A stretch of DNA of 64,000 nucleotides from Candidatus Poribacteria bacterium (GTDB taxonomy: Bacteria; Poribacteria; WGA-4E; WGA-3G): NCBI GenBank assembly GCA_965205015.1, contig OZ242029.1, positions 352,001 through 416,000 on the forward strand, read 5' to 3'. Positions 49,215 to 58,980 of this stretch are shown here, one piece after another. The position numbers and the translations under genes were made by a program. How positions within the stretch are numbered: position 1 is the first letter of the stretch; each line of letters opens with the position of its first letter. The notes beneath the pieces are model-generated. The model saw nothing but the letters and a program-made list of their open reading frames with translations, searched no databases and was not told the origin of the DNA.

Positions 49215-49374
49215 AGGGTTGTCGGTCTTCAATAAGTCTGTAAAGTGTTCTAAAATGCCTAAAGTCTGTAAAGTTTCAAGAGATGTTTGACCATCCAAGT
49301 GCCTTTTACAACTTTAGGCACTTGCAAACTTTCTGATTCACTGAAAACTGATAACCAATAATAGGAGGCTTTTG

Positions 49375-52008
49375 ATGTCACAACCAAAGTATGTCTACTT
49401 CTTTGGAGGCGGTGAAAGCGAAGGTAACGCCACAATGCGCACATTGCTTGGCGGAAAAGGGGCGAACCTCGCAGAGATGAGCAATCTCGGCGTACCTGTC
49501 CCACCGGGTTTCACCATCTCCACTGAGGTTTGCAAATTATACTACGAAAACGATAAACAGTACCCCGCTGGACTCGACGCACAGATCGATGAGAATCTTG
49601 TAAAATTAGAAGCCGCACTCGATGCGAAGTTCGGTGATACCGAAAATCCACTCTTGCTCTCTGTCCGTTCTGGAGCCGCCGTCTCAATGCCCGGTATGAT
49701 GGACACGATTCTCAACCTCGGCTTAAATGATGATGCCGTTCAAGGACTTATCGCTAGATCTGAAAACGAACGTTTTGCTTATGATTCATACCGGCGCTTC
49801 GTCCAGATGTTCGGAAACGTTGTCCTTGATGTCGATCACGATGCATTTGAACATCTACTTGAAGAAAAGAAAAAGGCGAAAGGTGTTACATTAGATACCG
49901 AATTAGAAGCCGACGACTTAGCGGCACTCGTCGATGAATTCAAGAACGCCGTCAAACAGCGGACAGGTAGCGATTTTCCTGATGAACCCCGGAAGCAATT
50001 AGACATGGCACGAGACGCCGTTTTTGAATCCTCTGGAAACCCGCGCGCCATTACCTACCGCCGTCTCAACGATATTTCTGAAGAACTTGGCCGCACGGCT
50101 GTCAACGTCCAAGCCATGGTGTTCGGAAATATGGGCGGAACCTCCGGTTCAGGAGTCGCTTTTACGCGTAACCCCTCGACGGGCGCGAACCAATTTTACG
50201 GCGAATTCCTCATTAATGCCCAGGGTGAAGACGTAGTGGCGGGTATCCGTACCCCGCTGCCAGTCGCCGAATTGAGAAACATCTTGCCGGATGCGTATAA
50301 TGAATTGGTCGATATCGGGTTGCGGCTTGAGAAGCATTACACCGACATGCAGGATGTGGAATTTACGATTCAAGACAGCAAACTCTATATGCTCCAAACC
50401 CGTAACGGAAAACGCACAGGTCAAGCCGCTGTCCGTATCGCTGTTGAGATGGTTGAGGAAGGTTTGATTGACAAACAGACTGCCTTGACACGCGTCCCGG
50501 CGAACGACTTGGATCAGTTGTTGCATCCAAGTGTTGACCCAGCGGCAGAAGTTGAGGTTATCGCCCAAGGCTTACCGGCTTCCCCAGGGGCAGCTGTAGG
50601 GAAGGTCGTCTTCACTGCGCTACACGCCGAAGAACTTGCCGCCGCTGGAGAGAAGGTCATTCTCGTCCGCACTGAAACATCACCGGAAGACATTGGTGGC
50701 ATGGATGCCGCTGAGGGCATACTCACCGCACGCGGGGGTATGACAAGTCACGCCGCCGTCGTCGCACGCGGTATGGGAAAATCGTGTGTTGCAGGTTGCT
50801 CTGCTCTGTTTATCAATGAAGGGGCATTGGAATTTTATGCCGAAGGGAAACGCTACGCTGAAGGCGATTACATCACACTTAACGGATCCACTGGCGATGT
50901 CCTGAGTGGACAAGTGGCACTCATCCAACCGGAATTGAGTGGACAATTCGGAACGCTCATGGAGTGGGCAGACGAAGTCCGATCGTTAGGGGTCCGCACG
51001 AATGCGGATACTCCCGAAGATGCCACAAATGCCAGACAATTCGGGGCAGAAGGCATCGGACTCTGCCGAACCGAGCACATGTTCTTCGGCGCAGGGATTG
51101 ATGCCATCCGTGAAATGATTCTCGCTGATGAGACAGCAGAACGCGAAGCAGCGTTGGCGAAACTGCTCCCGCATCAACGCTCAGACTTCATCGGTATCTT
51201 TGAGGCAATGGCAGGCTATCCGGTCACGATCCGGACGCTCGATCCGCCGCTTCACGAGTTCTTACCAAAAAACGAAGCCGAAATCCTTGAACTCGCAGCG
51301 CGAATTAACATTGAACCCCAAAAACTCCGTGAGCGGGTTGAAGAATTACACGAATTCAATCCGATGCTTGGACACCGTGGATGTAGACTCGGGATTGTCT
51401 ATCCAGAAATCACCGAAATGCAAGCCCGCGCGATCTTTGAAGCCGCTGTTGATGTCTCAAAACGGGGTATCACTGTGTTGCCAGAGATTATGATCCCGCT
51501 CGTTGGGCACATCAACGAATTATCCCTACAGCGCGAAGTCGTCGTGGATACTGCTGAAGCCGTCTTCAAGGAATCAGGCACCCGCGTCGAGTATCTTATC
51601 GGCACGATGATCGAATTGCCCCGCGCAGCACTCACGGCTGATAAAATCGCCGCCGAAGCCGAGTTTTTCTCCTACGGCACCAACGACCTCACTCAGACGA
51701 CCTTCGGGATGAGCCGTGACGACGCAGCAAAATTCCTCGATGACTACGTCAGAAACGGCGTGCTTGAATACGACCCGTTCCAGGTTCTGGACCAAGATGG
51801 TGTCGGTAGTCTCCTGCAAATCGGTTCCGAAAAAGGGCGCGCCACACGTCCCGACCTGAAAGTCGGTATCTGCGGTGAACACGGCGGCGAACCGCATTCT
51901 GTGAAGTTCTGTCACGGATTAGAATTCGATTACGTATCGTGTTCCCCGTTCCGTGTGCCGATTGCCCGTCTCGCTGCAGCACAGGCTGTGATTGAGACTG
52001 ACGCTTAA
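49375..52008 (+). CDS. ppdK: Pyruvate phosphate dikinase
   Basis: [47 protein letters not shown]. Confidence 0.98.
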   Translation: MSQPKYVYFFGGGESEGNATMRTLLGGKGANLAEMSNLGVPVPPGFTISTEVCKLYYENDKQYPAGLDAQIDENLVKLEAALDAKFGDTENPLLLSVRSGAAVSMPGMMDTILNLGLNDDAVQGLIARSENERFAYDSYRRFVQMFGNVVLDVDHDAFEHLLEEKKKAKGVTLDTELEADDLAALVDEFKNAVKQRTGSDFPDEPRKQLDMARDAVFESSGNPRAITYRRLNDISEELGRTAVNVQAMVFGNMGGTSGSGVAFTRNPSTGANQFYGEFLINAQGEDVVAGIRTPLPVAELRNILPDAYNELVDIGLRLEKHYTDMQDVEFTIQDSKLYMLQTRNGKRTGQAAVRIAVEMVEEGLIDKQTALTRVPANDLDQLLHPSVDPAAEVEVIAQGLPASPGAAVGKVVFTALHAEELAAAGEKVILVRTETSPEDIGGMDAAEGILTARGGMTSHAAVVARGMGKSCVAGCSALFINEGALEFYAEGKRYAEGDYITLNGSTGDVLSGQVALIQPELSGQFGTLMEWADEVRSLGVRTNADTPEDATNARQFGAEGIGLCRTEHMFFGAGIDAIREMILADETAEREAALAKLLPHQRSDFIGIFEAMAGYPVTIRTLDPPLHEFLPKNEAEILELAARINIEPQKLRERVEELHEFNPMLGHRGCRLGIVYPEITEMQARAIFEAAVDVSKRGITVLPEIMIPLVGHINELSLQREVVVDTAEAVFKESGTRVEYLIGTMIELPRAALTADKIAAEAEFFSYGTNDLTQTTFGMSRDDAAKFLDDYVRNGVLEYDPFQVLDQDGVGSLLQIGSEKGRATRPDLKVGICGEHGGEPHSVKFCHGLEFDYVSCSPFRVPIARLAAAQAVIETDA

Positions 52009-52019
52009 AGTATCGCGAG

Positions 52020-52045
52020 GGAGGCGCGCTTTAAAGCGCGCCTCC
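52020..52045. repeat. 26-bp perfect palindrome (terminator or REP-like)
   Basis: GGAGGCGCGCTTTAAAGCGCGCCTCC. Confidence 0.6.
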
Positions 52046-52077
52046 TTACACAAACTCACAGCGGAAGGAGAAAAAAA

Positions 52078-52392
52078 ATGTCAGATCAGGATTTCCAAGA
52101 GCGAGTTTTTGAATATTTCGCTCGGCTTGAAGAGCAACGCAGGGAAGACAACCAACGGCTTGAAGAGCAACGCAGAGAAGACAACCAGCGAATCGAAAAA
52201 CGACTGGACGCGATAGAGGTACAAGTTTCTGAGAATGCGAAGAGTATCGGTGCCCTGGCGGTTGATGTTGGATGGATCAAAGGGAAACTGGAGGCGAAGC
52301 GCGAAGGCGGGACAGCCCTATTGAGCAAAATTGCAGTCGGAACAGCAATTTGCTCCGCAATTATTGCACTGATCGCTCTTTTCCTCAACTAA
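52078..52392 (+). CDS. Small coiled-coil protein with C-terminal TM
   Basis: RLEEQRREDNQ tandem repeat (33 nt), hydrophobic tail, AAGGAG SD. Confidence 0.75.
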   Translation: MSDQDFQERVFEYFARLEEQRREDNQRLEEQRREDNQRIEKRLDAIEVQVSENAKSIGALAVDVGWIKGKLEAKREGGTALLSKIAVGTAICSAIIALIALFLN

Positions 52393-52413
52393 TGGCACCT
52401 TAAAAATAAAAAA

Positions 52414-52983
52414 ATGAATACACAAACAACGCACCAATTCTCGCACGAAGAACTCCCTCCTGAAATCGCTAAGATGACGTTGGAGGAATTCCTGGAAAGC
52501 GATTTAGAGGGATACGAATACATTAAAGGAGAATTAATACCGGTGCCACCTACATCAATGGAACATGGTGATATTAGTGCAGATCTGTTTTGGTTTTTAA
52601 GCCTGCATGTTCGTGAAAATCAATTAGGACGCGTTTATATGCCAGACACAGGTTTCCGAGTTGGTGAACGTGTGCTGATGCCCGATATCGCGTTTCTTTC
52701 AAACGAACATTTACCTGATGATCGGAGCAAAGCATCTCCGGTTCCACCAGACCTCGCCGTTGAAGTGGTTTCTCGAACAGATATAGAATATCAGATTGAG
52801 GAAAAAGCATTTGCTTATCTTGAAGCAGGCACACAGTTGGTATGGGTGCTGAAGCCTGTGTCTAAAACAGTAACAGTTTACCGTTCAGAGGTGGACATCA
52901 CGTTACTTACGCGGAATGATACCCTCACCGGTGAGAACGTTATTGAGGGATTCTCCTGTCAAGTTGCAGAACTTTTTGAGTAG
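52414..52983 (+). CDS. Uma2 (DUF820) family endonuclease
   Basis: YEYIKGEL, PDIAF, PPDLAVEVVS, YLEAGTQLVWV. Confidence 0.92.
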   Translation: MNTQTTHQFSHEELPPEIAKMTLEEFLESDLEGYEYIKGELIPVPPTSMEHGDISADLFWFLSLHVRENQLGRVYMPDTGFRVGERVLMPDIAFLSNEHLPDDRSKASPVPPDLAVEVVSRTDIEYQIEEKAFAYLEAGTQLVWVLKPVSKTVTVYRSEVDITLLTRNDTLTGENVIEGFSCQVAELFE

Positions 52984-53038
52984 GACAAAGTAGCAGGCAC
53001 AGTCTCTGTGCCGTCAGCATTGAAAAGGACAACACATA

Positions 53039-53482
53039 ATGCTAATCGCAGACCTAAATGAAATTGAAGGACGCACCTATCCCGCTCGTAGACGCACCAA
53101 AAATCTCGTCGGCGGTGCATCCCCGATCCAGATAGATGAATTCTGTATGGGGTTCGTCGTCTTAGAGCCAAACGGTGGACAAGTGCCGTGGCATAACCAC
53201 GAACAGGAAGAGATCTACTTCATCGTTGAAGGTGAAGGCGAAATGTGCCTCGGAGAGGAACGCCATACCCTCTCCACGGGTCAGACTGTCTTTATTCCGT
53301 CGTGGGTTTTCCACCAATTGACGAACACCAGCGATACACCGATGAAGATGGTCTATTGTTACGGACCCGCAGGCGATGTGGCGCATTGGAAACAGGAGCT
53401 CGCCGGTACACTCCCGAAAGCCGGCGTTGACGCACCCCCACTCCCTGAAGGCGCAGCCCCCCAATGCACTGATAAACCTTAG
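53039..53482 (+). CDS. Cupin domain protein
   Basis: PWHNHEQEEIYFIVEGEG..GQTVFIP..HQLTN. Confidence 0.9.
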   Translation: MLIADLNEIEGRTYPARRRTKNLVGGASPIQIDEFCMGFVVLEPNGGQVPWHNHEQEEIYFIVEGEGEMCLGEERHTLSTGQTVFIPSWVFHQLTNTSDTPMKMVYCYGPAGDVAHWKQELAGTLPKAGVDAPPLPEGAAPQCTDKP

Positions 53483-53522
53483 ACATATCTATCCCTTTTC
53501 ACGTGGACAAGGAGATGCACCC

Positions 53523-53924
53523 ATGAGAAAAATGAGAACGTATCGCGAGTACCTCATTGACATATTCACCGATCGCGATGAAGCGATTGCGCACCTCCAA
53601 GTCGCACTTGAAGATTACCAAACTCACGGGAATACAGACATATTTCTATTCTTGCTCGAAACCGTCGTAGAAGCCCAAGGCGGAATCTCTGAGCTTGCTA
53701 AGCAAACCGATACTAAGCCACACGTTCTTTCAGACGCGCTCACCGGGGACGATCTACCTCTAATTGACAGACTCGGAACGGTTCTTAAAACCCTTGGATA
53801 CCAGCTTTCAATCGAACCGTTAGAAGTGGGAAGCCACAACCTTGAAACTGCTACCACGGCGGGACAAGCTGCAGCAACACCTCTGTCAGAAAATCAAGAC
53901 ACACCACAGCCAGCAGCTAAATAG
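53523..53924 (+). CDS. Addiction-module antidote-like HTH protein (orphan)
   Basis: AIAHLQVALE..VVEAQGGISELAKQT..VLKTLGYQLSI. Confidence 0.75.
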   Translation: MRKMRTYREYLIDIFTDRDEAIAHLQVALEDYQTHGNTDIFLFLLETVVEAQGGISELAKQTDTKPHVLSDALTGDDLPLIDRLGTVLKTLGYQLSIEPLEVGSHNLETATTAGQAAATPLSENQDTPQPAAK

Positions 53925-53934
53925 TAGGAGACCC

Positions 53935-55104
53935 ATGACCAATCATACTCAAAAAACACACCGCGTCGGCATCATCATGAACGGCGTTACCGGCAGGATG
54001 GGAACGAACCAACACCTCATCCGCTCCATCTTAGCAATCGCAGAAGAGGGGGGCATCCCGATTGGGGACGGCGAAGTGATTATGCCCGACCCATTCCTCG
54101 TCGGCAGAAATCCAGCAAAATTAGAGAAACTCTCCGAAACGACTGGTGTTGAGAAGTGGAGCACGGATCTTGACGCCGCTCTCGCCGATGACGCGTATAG
54201 CGTCTATTTCGACGCACAGGTTACATCCCGCCGCGTCGATGCGGTCGAAGCCGCAATATCCGCCGGAAAACACATCTATTGCGAAAAACCGACGGCTACG
54301 ACCACTGCTGATGCGTATCGCCTCTATGAACAGGCGGCAAAAGCAGGACTCAAAAACGGAGTCGTTCAGGACAAACTCTGGCTACCCGGTATCCAGAAAC
54401 TGAAACGCTTGATAGACGCTGACTTCTTCGGACGAATTATCGCCGTCCGTGGCGAGTTCGGCTACTGGGTCTTCCAAGGCGATGCGATCCCCACGCAACG
54501 TCCCTCGTGGAACTATCGGGTCGAAGACGGCGGCGGCATTATCCTCGATATGTTCAGTCACTGGCGATACGTCATCGACAATCTTTTCGGTGCCGTTAAA
54601 GGCGTCTCCTGTATCGCCGCTACGCATCTCCCGCAGCGGTGGGATGAAGAAGGTAAACCTTATGCCTGTACCGCTGAAGATGCCGCCTACGCGACGTTTG
54701 AATTGGAGAACGGAATCATCGCACATTTCAACTCATCTTGGGCAGTCAGGGTCCGCCGCGACGATCTGCTGACGATACACGTGGACGGTTTGAACGGGTC
54801 TGCGATTGTGGGTTTAAGAGATTGCTGGATCCAGCCGCTCTCTGGCACCCCGCGCCCCGTCTGGAATCCCGACATCGAACAACCGATCAAATTCTTCGAT
54901 GGATGGCTCAAGGTTCCCGAGCAGGAGGATTATGAGAACGCCTTTAGAGCGCAGTGGGAACTCTTCCTCCGACACGTCGTCGCCGATGAACCCTTCCCAT
55001 GGACGCTGCTCGCAGGCGCGAAGGGTGTGCAATTAGCAGAAAAAGGCATGGAATCGTGGCAGACCCGCAAATGGGTGGAATTGCCGGAACTCTCGACGCT
55101 CTAA
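53935..55104 (+). CDS. Gfo/Idh/MocA oxidoreductase
   Basis: IIMNGVTGRMG, HIYCEKP, GGGIILDMFSHW. Confidence 0.92.
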   Translation: MTNHTQKTHRVGIIMNGVTGRMGTNQHLIRSILAIAEEGGIPIGDGEVIMPDPFLVGRNPAKLEKLSETTGVEKWSTDLDAALADDAYSVYFDAQVTSRRVDAVEAAISAGKHIYCEKPTATTTADAYRLYEQAAKAGLKNGVVQDKLWLPGIQKLKRLIDADFFGRIIAVRGEFGYWVFQGDAIPTQRPSWNYRVEDGGGIILDMFSHWRYVIDNLFGAVKGVSCIAATHLPQRWDEEGKPYACTAEDAAYATFELENGIIAHFNSSWAVRVRRDDLLTIHVDGLNGSAIVGLRDCWIQPLSGTPRPVWNPDIEQPIKFFDGWLKVPEQEDYENAFRAQWELFLRHVVADEPFPWTLLAGAKGVQLAEKGMESWQTRKWVELPELSTL

Positions 55105-55257
55105 AGCCTGTTGATGTTTAGTACAAAAAATGGGGAAATCCGCTGAAAAAACCATACACACCCCATACCTTTGACAATTGGCTTTTTGCATGATATAATT
55201 TCCAATGAATTACTGATTTTAACGCGTCTCTCACAATTCGGCGCAAAGATAGGGCAA

Positions 55258-55522
55258 ATGCAGAAACGCATCTACATTGAAACAACAATTCCAAGTTTCT
55301 ACTATACTTTTTGGAGACGCGTTTCACTTGGCAGTTGCTTCATTTCATAAGGTTGACGCGCTACTCACGTGGAATTTAGCACATCTTGCTAATCCTAATA
55401 AACTGGATCTCATTACGCAAATTAATCAAAAATTCGGATTATCTACACCAGAATTAGTTACACCTCTGGATGATTTAGGAGGCACTGACGCAAATGGCAC
55501 GGACATCTCCGGAAGTAAGTGA
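55258..55522 (+). pseudogene. PIN/VapC toxin with internal deletion and frameshift
   Basis: MQKRIYIETTIPSFYYT is joined out of frame directly to GDAFHLAVASFHKVDALLTWNLAHLAN. Confidence 0.75.
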
Positions 55523-55712
55523 AATTATTAAGGAAGTGCGCAGGATTCGGCATGAGATTTCAGCGGAATTTGGACACGATCCCCATAAGTTTGGTGAATA
55601 TTGCCGTGAGCTAGAAAAGGAACTACGCAAATCTGGGAAATATAAGTTCGCTAAGTCTCCCGATCAGAAACCTGAGACGCCAGAATCATCTGGCAATGCA
55701 GCAGCAGATTAA
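55494..55712 (+). CDS. Small protein, probable partner of the PIN toxin
   Basis: AGGAGG SD; IIKEVRRIRHEISAEFGHD. Confidence 0.65.
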   Translation: MARTSPEVSEIIKEVRRIRHEISAEFGHDPHKFGEYCRELEKELRKSGKYKFAKSPDQKPETPESSGNAAAD

Positions 55713-55745
55713 CGGATCACCTAAACATGCCGTTGAGGATGGTCC

Positions 55746-56825
55746 ATGAATCTTTCTAAGTTCACCCGGATAGGTGCACTCACTTTAGCAGTTTTGCACA
55801 TTGTCGTCTTCATAAGTGGCTGTGAAGTGGTTACCGAATTCACCAATGACCCCCCTACAATCACCTATTTCACGGTCCCAGCAGAGGTCGAGTACGGTGA
55901 AACCGTCGAATTCAAAGTCGGGGCGTATGATGCGGAAGACGAGCCTTTGACCTATTCATGGGAAGTATCTGCTGGAAGGTTGACGAACCCTGCCGAACCC
56001 GAGGTCGAATGGACGGCTCCTGAACTTCCGCCCGGGGAAGTAGTTCTGTCGGAAGTGGTACGCGTTGATGTCTCTGTACAGGATAGTGGTGAGGAAGAGA
56101 CCTCTCAAACGGGATCAATTACCGTCCTTTCAAAAACATATAGGCTCATTGAAACACTCATTGGCACTTATACCCTCATTTCCAAGCGGGTTCAGGGGGC
56201 TCGGGTCGAAGAAACGGGTGTCTTGCGACTCACGCCCACCACGTTTACACGGGAATTCCGATCTCCCGTAGGCGGTGGCGATCAGGTCATCGCCGGTTCC
56301 TATAAACTTGTTGAACCGTTTGGCATGAAACACGGGAGGATGCATTGGCTTACGCAGGAAGATCCTGCACCTTCTGTCGCGACATATAGTTGGGAGCATC
56401 AACGCTTAGTGATCTTTTTTCCAGCCACCTCTACAGAATACGTTTACATTCGCGCGGGGACGGATCCTGGGGCAGTCGATTCAGAACCGATAAACACCGA
56501 TAAAGCCTCTCTTGAAATCACCGATGAAACATTCGTAAACAAGGTATTGAGTGCGAAATTGCCGGTTGTGGTTGAATTTAGAGCCGATTGGTCTCCTTTC
56601 TGCAAACAGATGAACCCGATCGTTGAGGCAGTCGCAGTGGGCTCCCACGACACTTTCATCGTAGGACGGTTGGATATCGATAAAAACCCTGTGACCGTCC
56701 AAGCCTATAAAGTTGATGATATTCCGACATACCTTGTGTTCCGAGACGGCAAAGAGGTCACCAAGTTCGAAGGCGTGATGCCGAAACCGGTCTTTTTGCA
56801 GAAAATTCTTGATGCGCTCAAATAG
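55746..56825 (+). CDS. Lipoprotein with Ig/PKD-like domain and atypical thioredoxin domain
   Basis: ISGC lipobox; DAEDEPLTYSW; PVVVEFRADWSPFCKQM..IPT. Confidence 0.8.
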   Translation: MNLSKFTRIGALTLAVLHIVVFISGCEVVTEFTNDPPTITYFTVPAEVEYGETVEFKVGAYDAEDEPLTYSWEVSAGRLTNPAEPEVEWTAPELPPGEVVLSEVVRVDVSVQDSGEEETSQTGSITVLSKTYRLIETLIGTYTLISKRVQGARVEETGVLRLTPTTFTREFRSPVGGGDQVIAGSYKLVEPFGMKHGRMHWLTQEDPAPSVATYSWEHQRLVIFFPATSTEYVYIRAGTDPGAVDSEPINTDKASLEITDETFVNKVLSAKLPVVVEFRADWSPFCKQMNPIVEAVAVGSHDTFIVGRLDIDKNPVTVQAYKVDDIPTYLVFRDGKEVTKFEGVMPKPVFLQKILDALK

Positions 56826-56908
56826 ATTGCCATTTGTCGTTGGTGTATTCTGACGACTCAGGACAAAATCGTTTTTCATGTGGGCATATACGAGACAGGA
56901 GTTTTCAG

Positions 56909-58963
56909 ATGAAGTCACTCTCGATCGTGATCCTCGTATTTATTACACTAACGTTTGTGCCAAACACTTTCGCACAGGCAGTCCTTCAAACAACTATCCA
57001 ACGATATGAGCGAGAGGTGGTGCGGTTGATTTACTTTCGACCCAGCGATCGCCCAGACCGTGAAGACATCGACACAGAGTTAGACACAGTCATAAAATGG
57101 GCACAGTACTTCTACGCAGAACAGATGCAAACCCATGGAGACCGAAAAACCTTTGCCTTTGAAACCGAAGATACCGGTTACGCCCGGGTTCATCACGTTA
57201 CCGGAAAGTTCACGGATACATATTACCACCAAGACACCTACGACAAGGTGGTCAAGGAAGTTAGCGAGCAGTTTGATACATCAAGCAACGTCTATCTTAT
57301 CGCTGTAGATGTGAGTAGCGAATTCATTAACCATGAAGGCACCTGTGGGATGGGGGGTGGCGGTTGGATCTCATCCGATAACGAACTGTGGCGGCGAAAT
57401 TTTGGGGGCGTGGCAGTCATTCCTGCCTCTGGGATCTGCGTAAATCCGAGTGTTACCGCCCATGAACTCGGGCATGCCTTCGGATTAGAACACGATTTTC
57501 GGGACGATGCTTACCTGATGGCTTACGGGACACAAGAACGTTTGTCGCCGTGTGCCGCGGAATGGCTGGATGCGCATCGTTTCTTCAACCCTGATCCAAC
57601 CTTTTTCAATGCAGCGGCAACGGTTGAGATGCACACCCCGCGCGCTGCAGGACCAGGACCCCTCCATCTCCAATTTGAACTGACCGATGCCGATGGTCTC
57701 CATCAGGCGCAGCTGCTTGTTCCGGCTGCACCTACCGATCCCGCCCCCGGCTTGAAGCTGCATAGCTGCGCGTCGCTAAACGGCAAGGACCAAAGCGTTG
57801 AATTCGCCATGACCGACCTGACAGTTGCATCCGATAGCGAAGTAACACTTCAAGTTATTGATGTGCGTGGAAATATTATCAAACAGACGTTCCCAGTTGA
57901 GACGGATAGCGTAGCGAAGGTGCCAGATGTGTCTTCTGTTGAAGAGGATGTTGCAACAGTCAGTCTCTCGCTTTCGATACCGCCAGCAGCTATAGGGGAT
58001 CGTTTGACGCTGCCAGTCACAATTGCAGGGGGTGTAGATGTTGAGGGATATCAGATAAAAATCGAGTTCGATGTTTCCGCGCTACGGTATATCTCAAGCG
58101 CGAACGCCGATTATCTGCCTGTGGGGGCTTTTGTTGTTCCGGCATCCGTGAATGGCAATCACGTGACACTTGCGGCGACATCTCTGAGCGGTAGTAGTGA
58201 AGGGGATGGGACGCTTGCGACTGTCACATTTGAAGTGATCGCCGCCAACCCTTCACTACCGCGGTTATCAGCTGCGAAGTTGACTGACAGCAATGCCGAC
58301 TTTTTAGAGGTTCGGATTGAAAACCCGGAAGAGGTAGAACCCGCCCGGCTTGCGGGTGATGTCAACGAAGATGGTATTGTAAATCTTGAGGATATGGATG
58401 CAGCCGCGGATCGTCTGGGTCAGACGGGCGAGAATACAGCGGATATGAATGGCAATGGCGTGGTAGATGTGGCGGATTTACTTTTAATTGCAGCAGCGAT
58501 CGAACAGGCGAATGCTGCACCCTCACTGCATTCAGAAACCCTCGCGAATCTGTTCACTGCGACAGAAGTGCGCCAGTGGCTCCAACTTGCACGGCAACAA
58601 GGGCTTACAGGTGCTATGTATGGACGTGGTTTTATGTTGCTGGTGCAGCTCCTTGCGGTCTTAACCCCGACAGAGACGGCAGTATTGCCGAATTATCCGA
58701 ATCCCTTCAATCCAGAGACATGGATCCCATATCAACTGTCGTCTCCAGCAGATGTAACGGTGCATATCTATGCGATAAACGGCAGTCTCGCTCGGACGTT
58801 GGCGTTGGGACATCAGGCTGCCGGAATATATCAGTCTCGGGGGCGCGCGGCGTATTGGGACGGTAAAAACGAACTCGGTGAAACCGTCGCAAGTGGCGTG
58901 TATTTCTACACACTCACAGCAGGCGATTTTACTGCCACCCGAAAAATGTTGATACGGAAGTAA
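56909..58963 (+). CDS. Secreted zinc metallopeptidase with cohesin-, dockerin- and FlgD/T9SS-like domains
   Basis: AHELGHAFGLEH..LM (metzincin); GDGTLATVTFEV; GDVNEDGIVN..ADMNGNGVVDVADL; NYPNPFNPETWIPY. Confidence 0.85.
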   Translation: MKSLSIVILVFITLTFVPNTFAQAVLQTTIQRYEREVVRLIYFRPSDRPDREDIDTELDTVIKWAQYFYAEQMQTHGDRKTFAFETEDTGYARVHHVTGKFTDTYYHQDTYDKVVKEVSEQFDTSSNVYLIAVDVSSEFINHEGTCGMGGGGWISSDNELWRRNFGGVAVIPASGICVNPSVTAHELGHAFGLEHDFRDDAYLMAYGTQERLSPCAAEWLDAHRFFNPDPTFFNAAATVEMHTPRAAGPGPLHLQFELTDADGLHQAQLLVPAAPTDPAPGLKLHSCASLNGKDQSVEFAMTDLTVASDSEVTLQVIDVRGNIIKQTFPVETDSVAKVPDVSSVEEDVATVSLSLSIPPAAIGDRLTLPVTIAGGVDVEGYQIKIEFDVSALRYISSANADYLPVGAFVVPASVNGNHVTLAATSLSGSSEGDGTLATVTFEVIAANPSLPRLSAAKLTDSNADFLEVRIENPEEVEPARLAGDVNEDGIVNLEDMDAAADRLGQTGENTADMNGNGVVDVADLLLIAAAIEQANAAPSLHSETLANLFTATEVRQWLQLARQQGLTGAMYGRGFMLLVQLLAVLTPTETAVLPNYPNPFNPETWIPYQLSSPADVTVHIYAINGSLARTLALGHQAAGIYQSRGRAAYWDGKNELGETVASGVYFYTLTAGDFTATRKMLIRK

Positions 58964-58980
58964 GGATCGAGAGATAGGGT

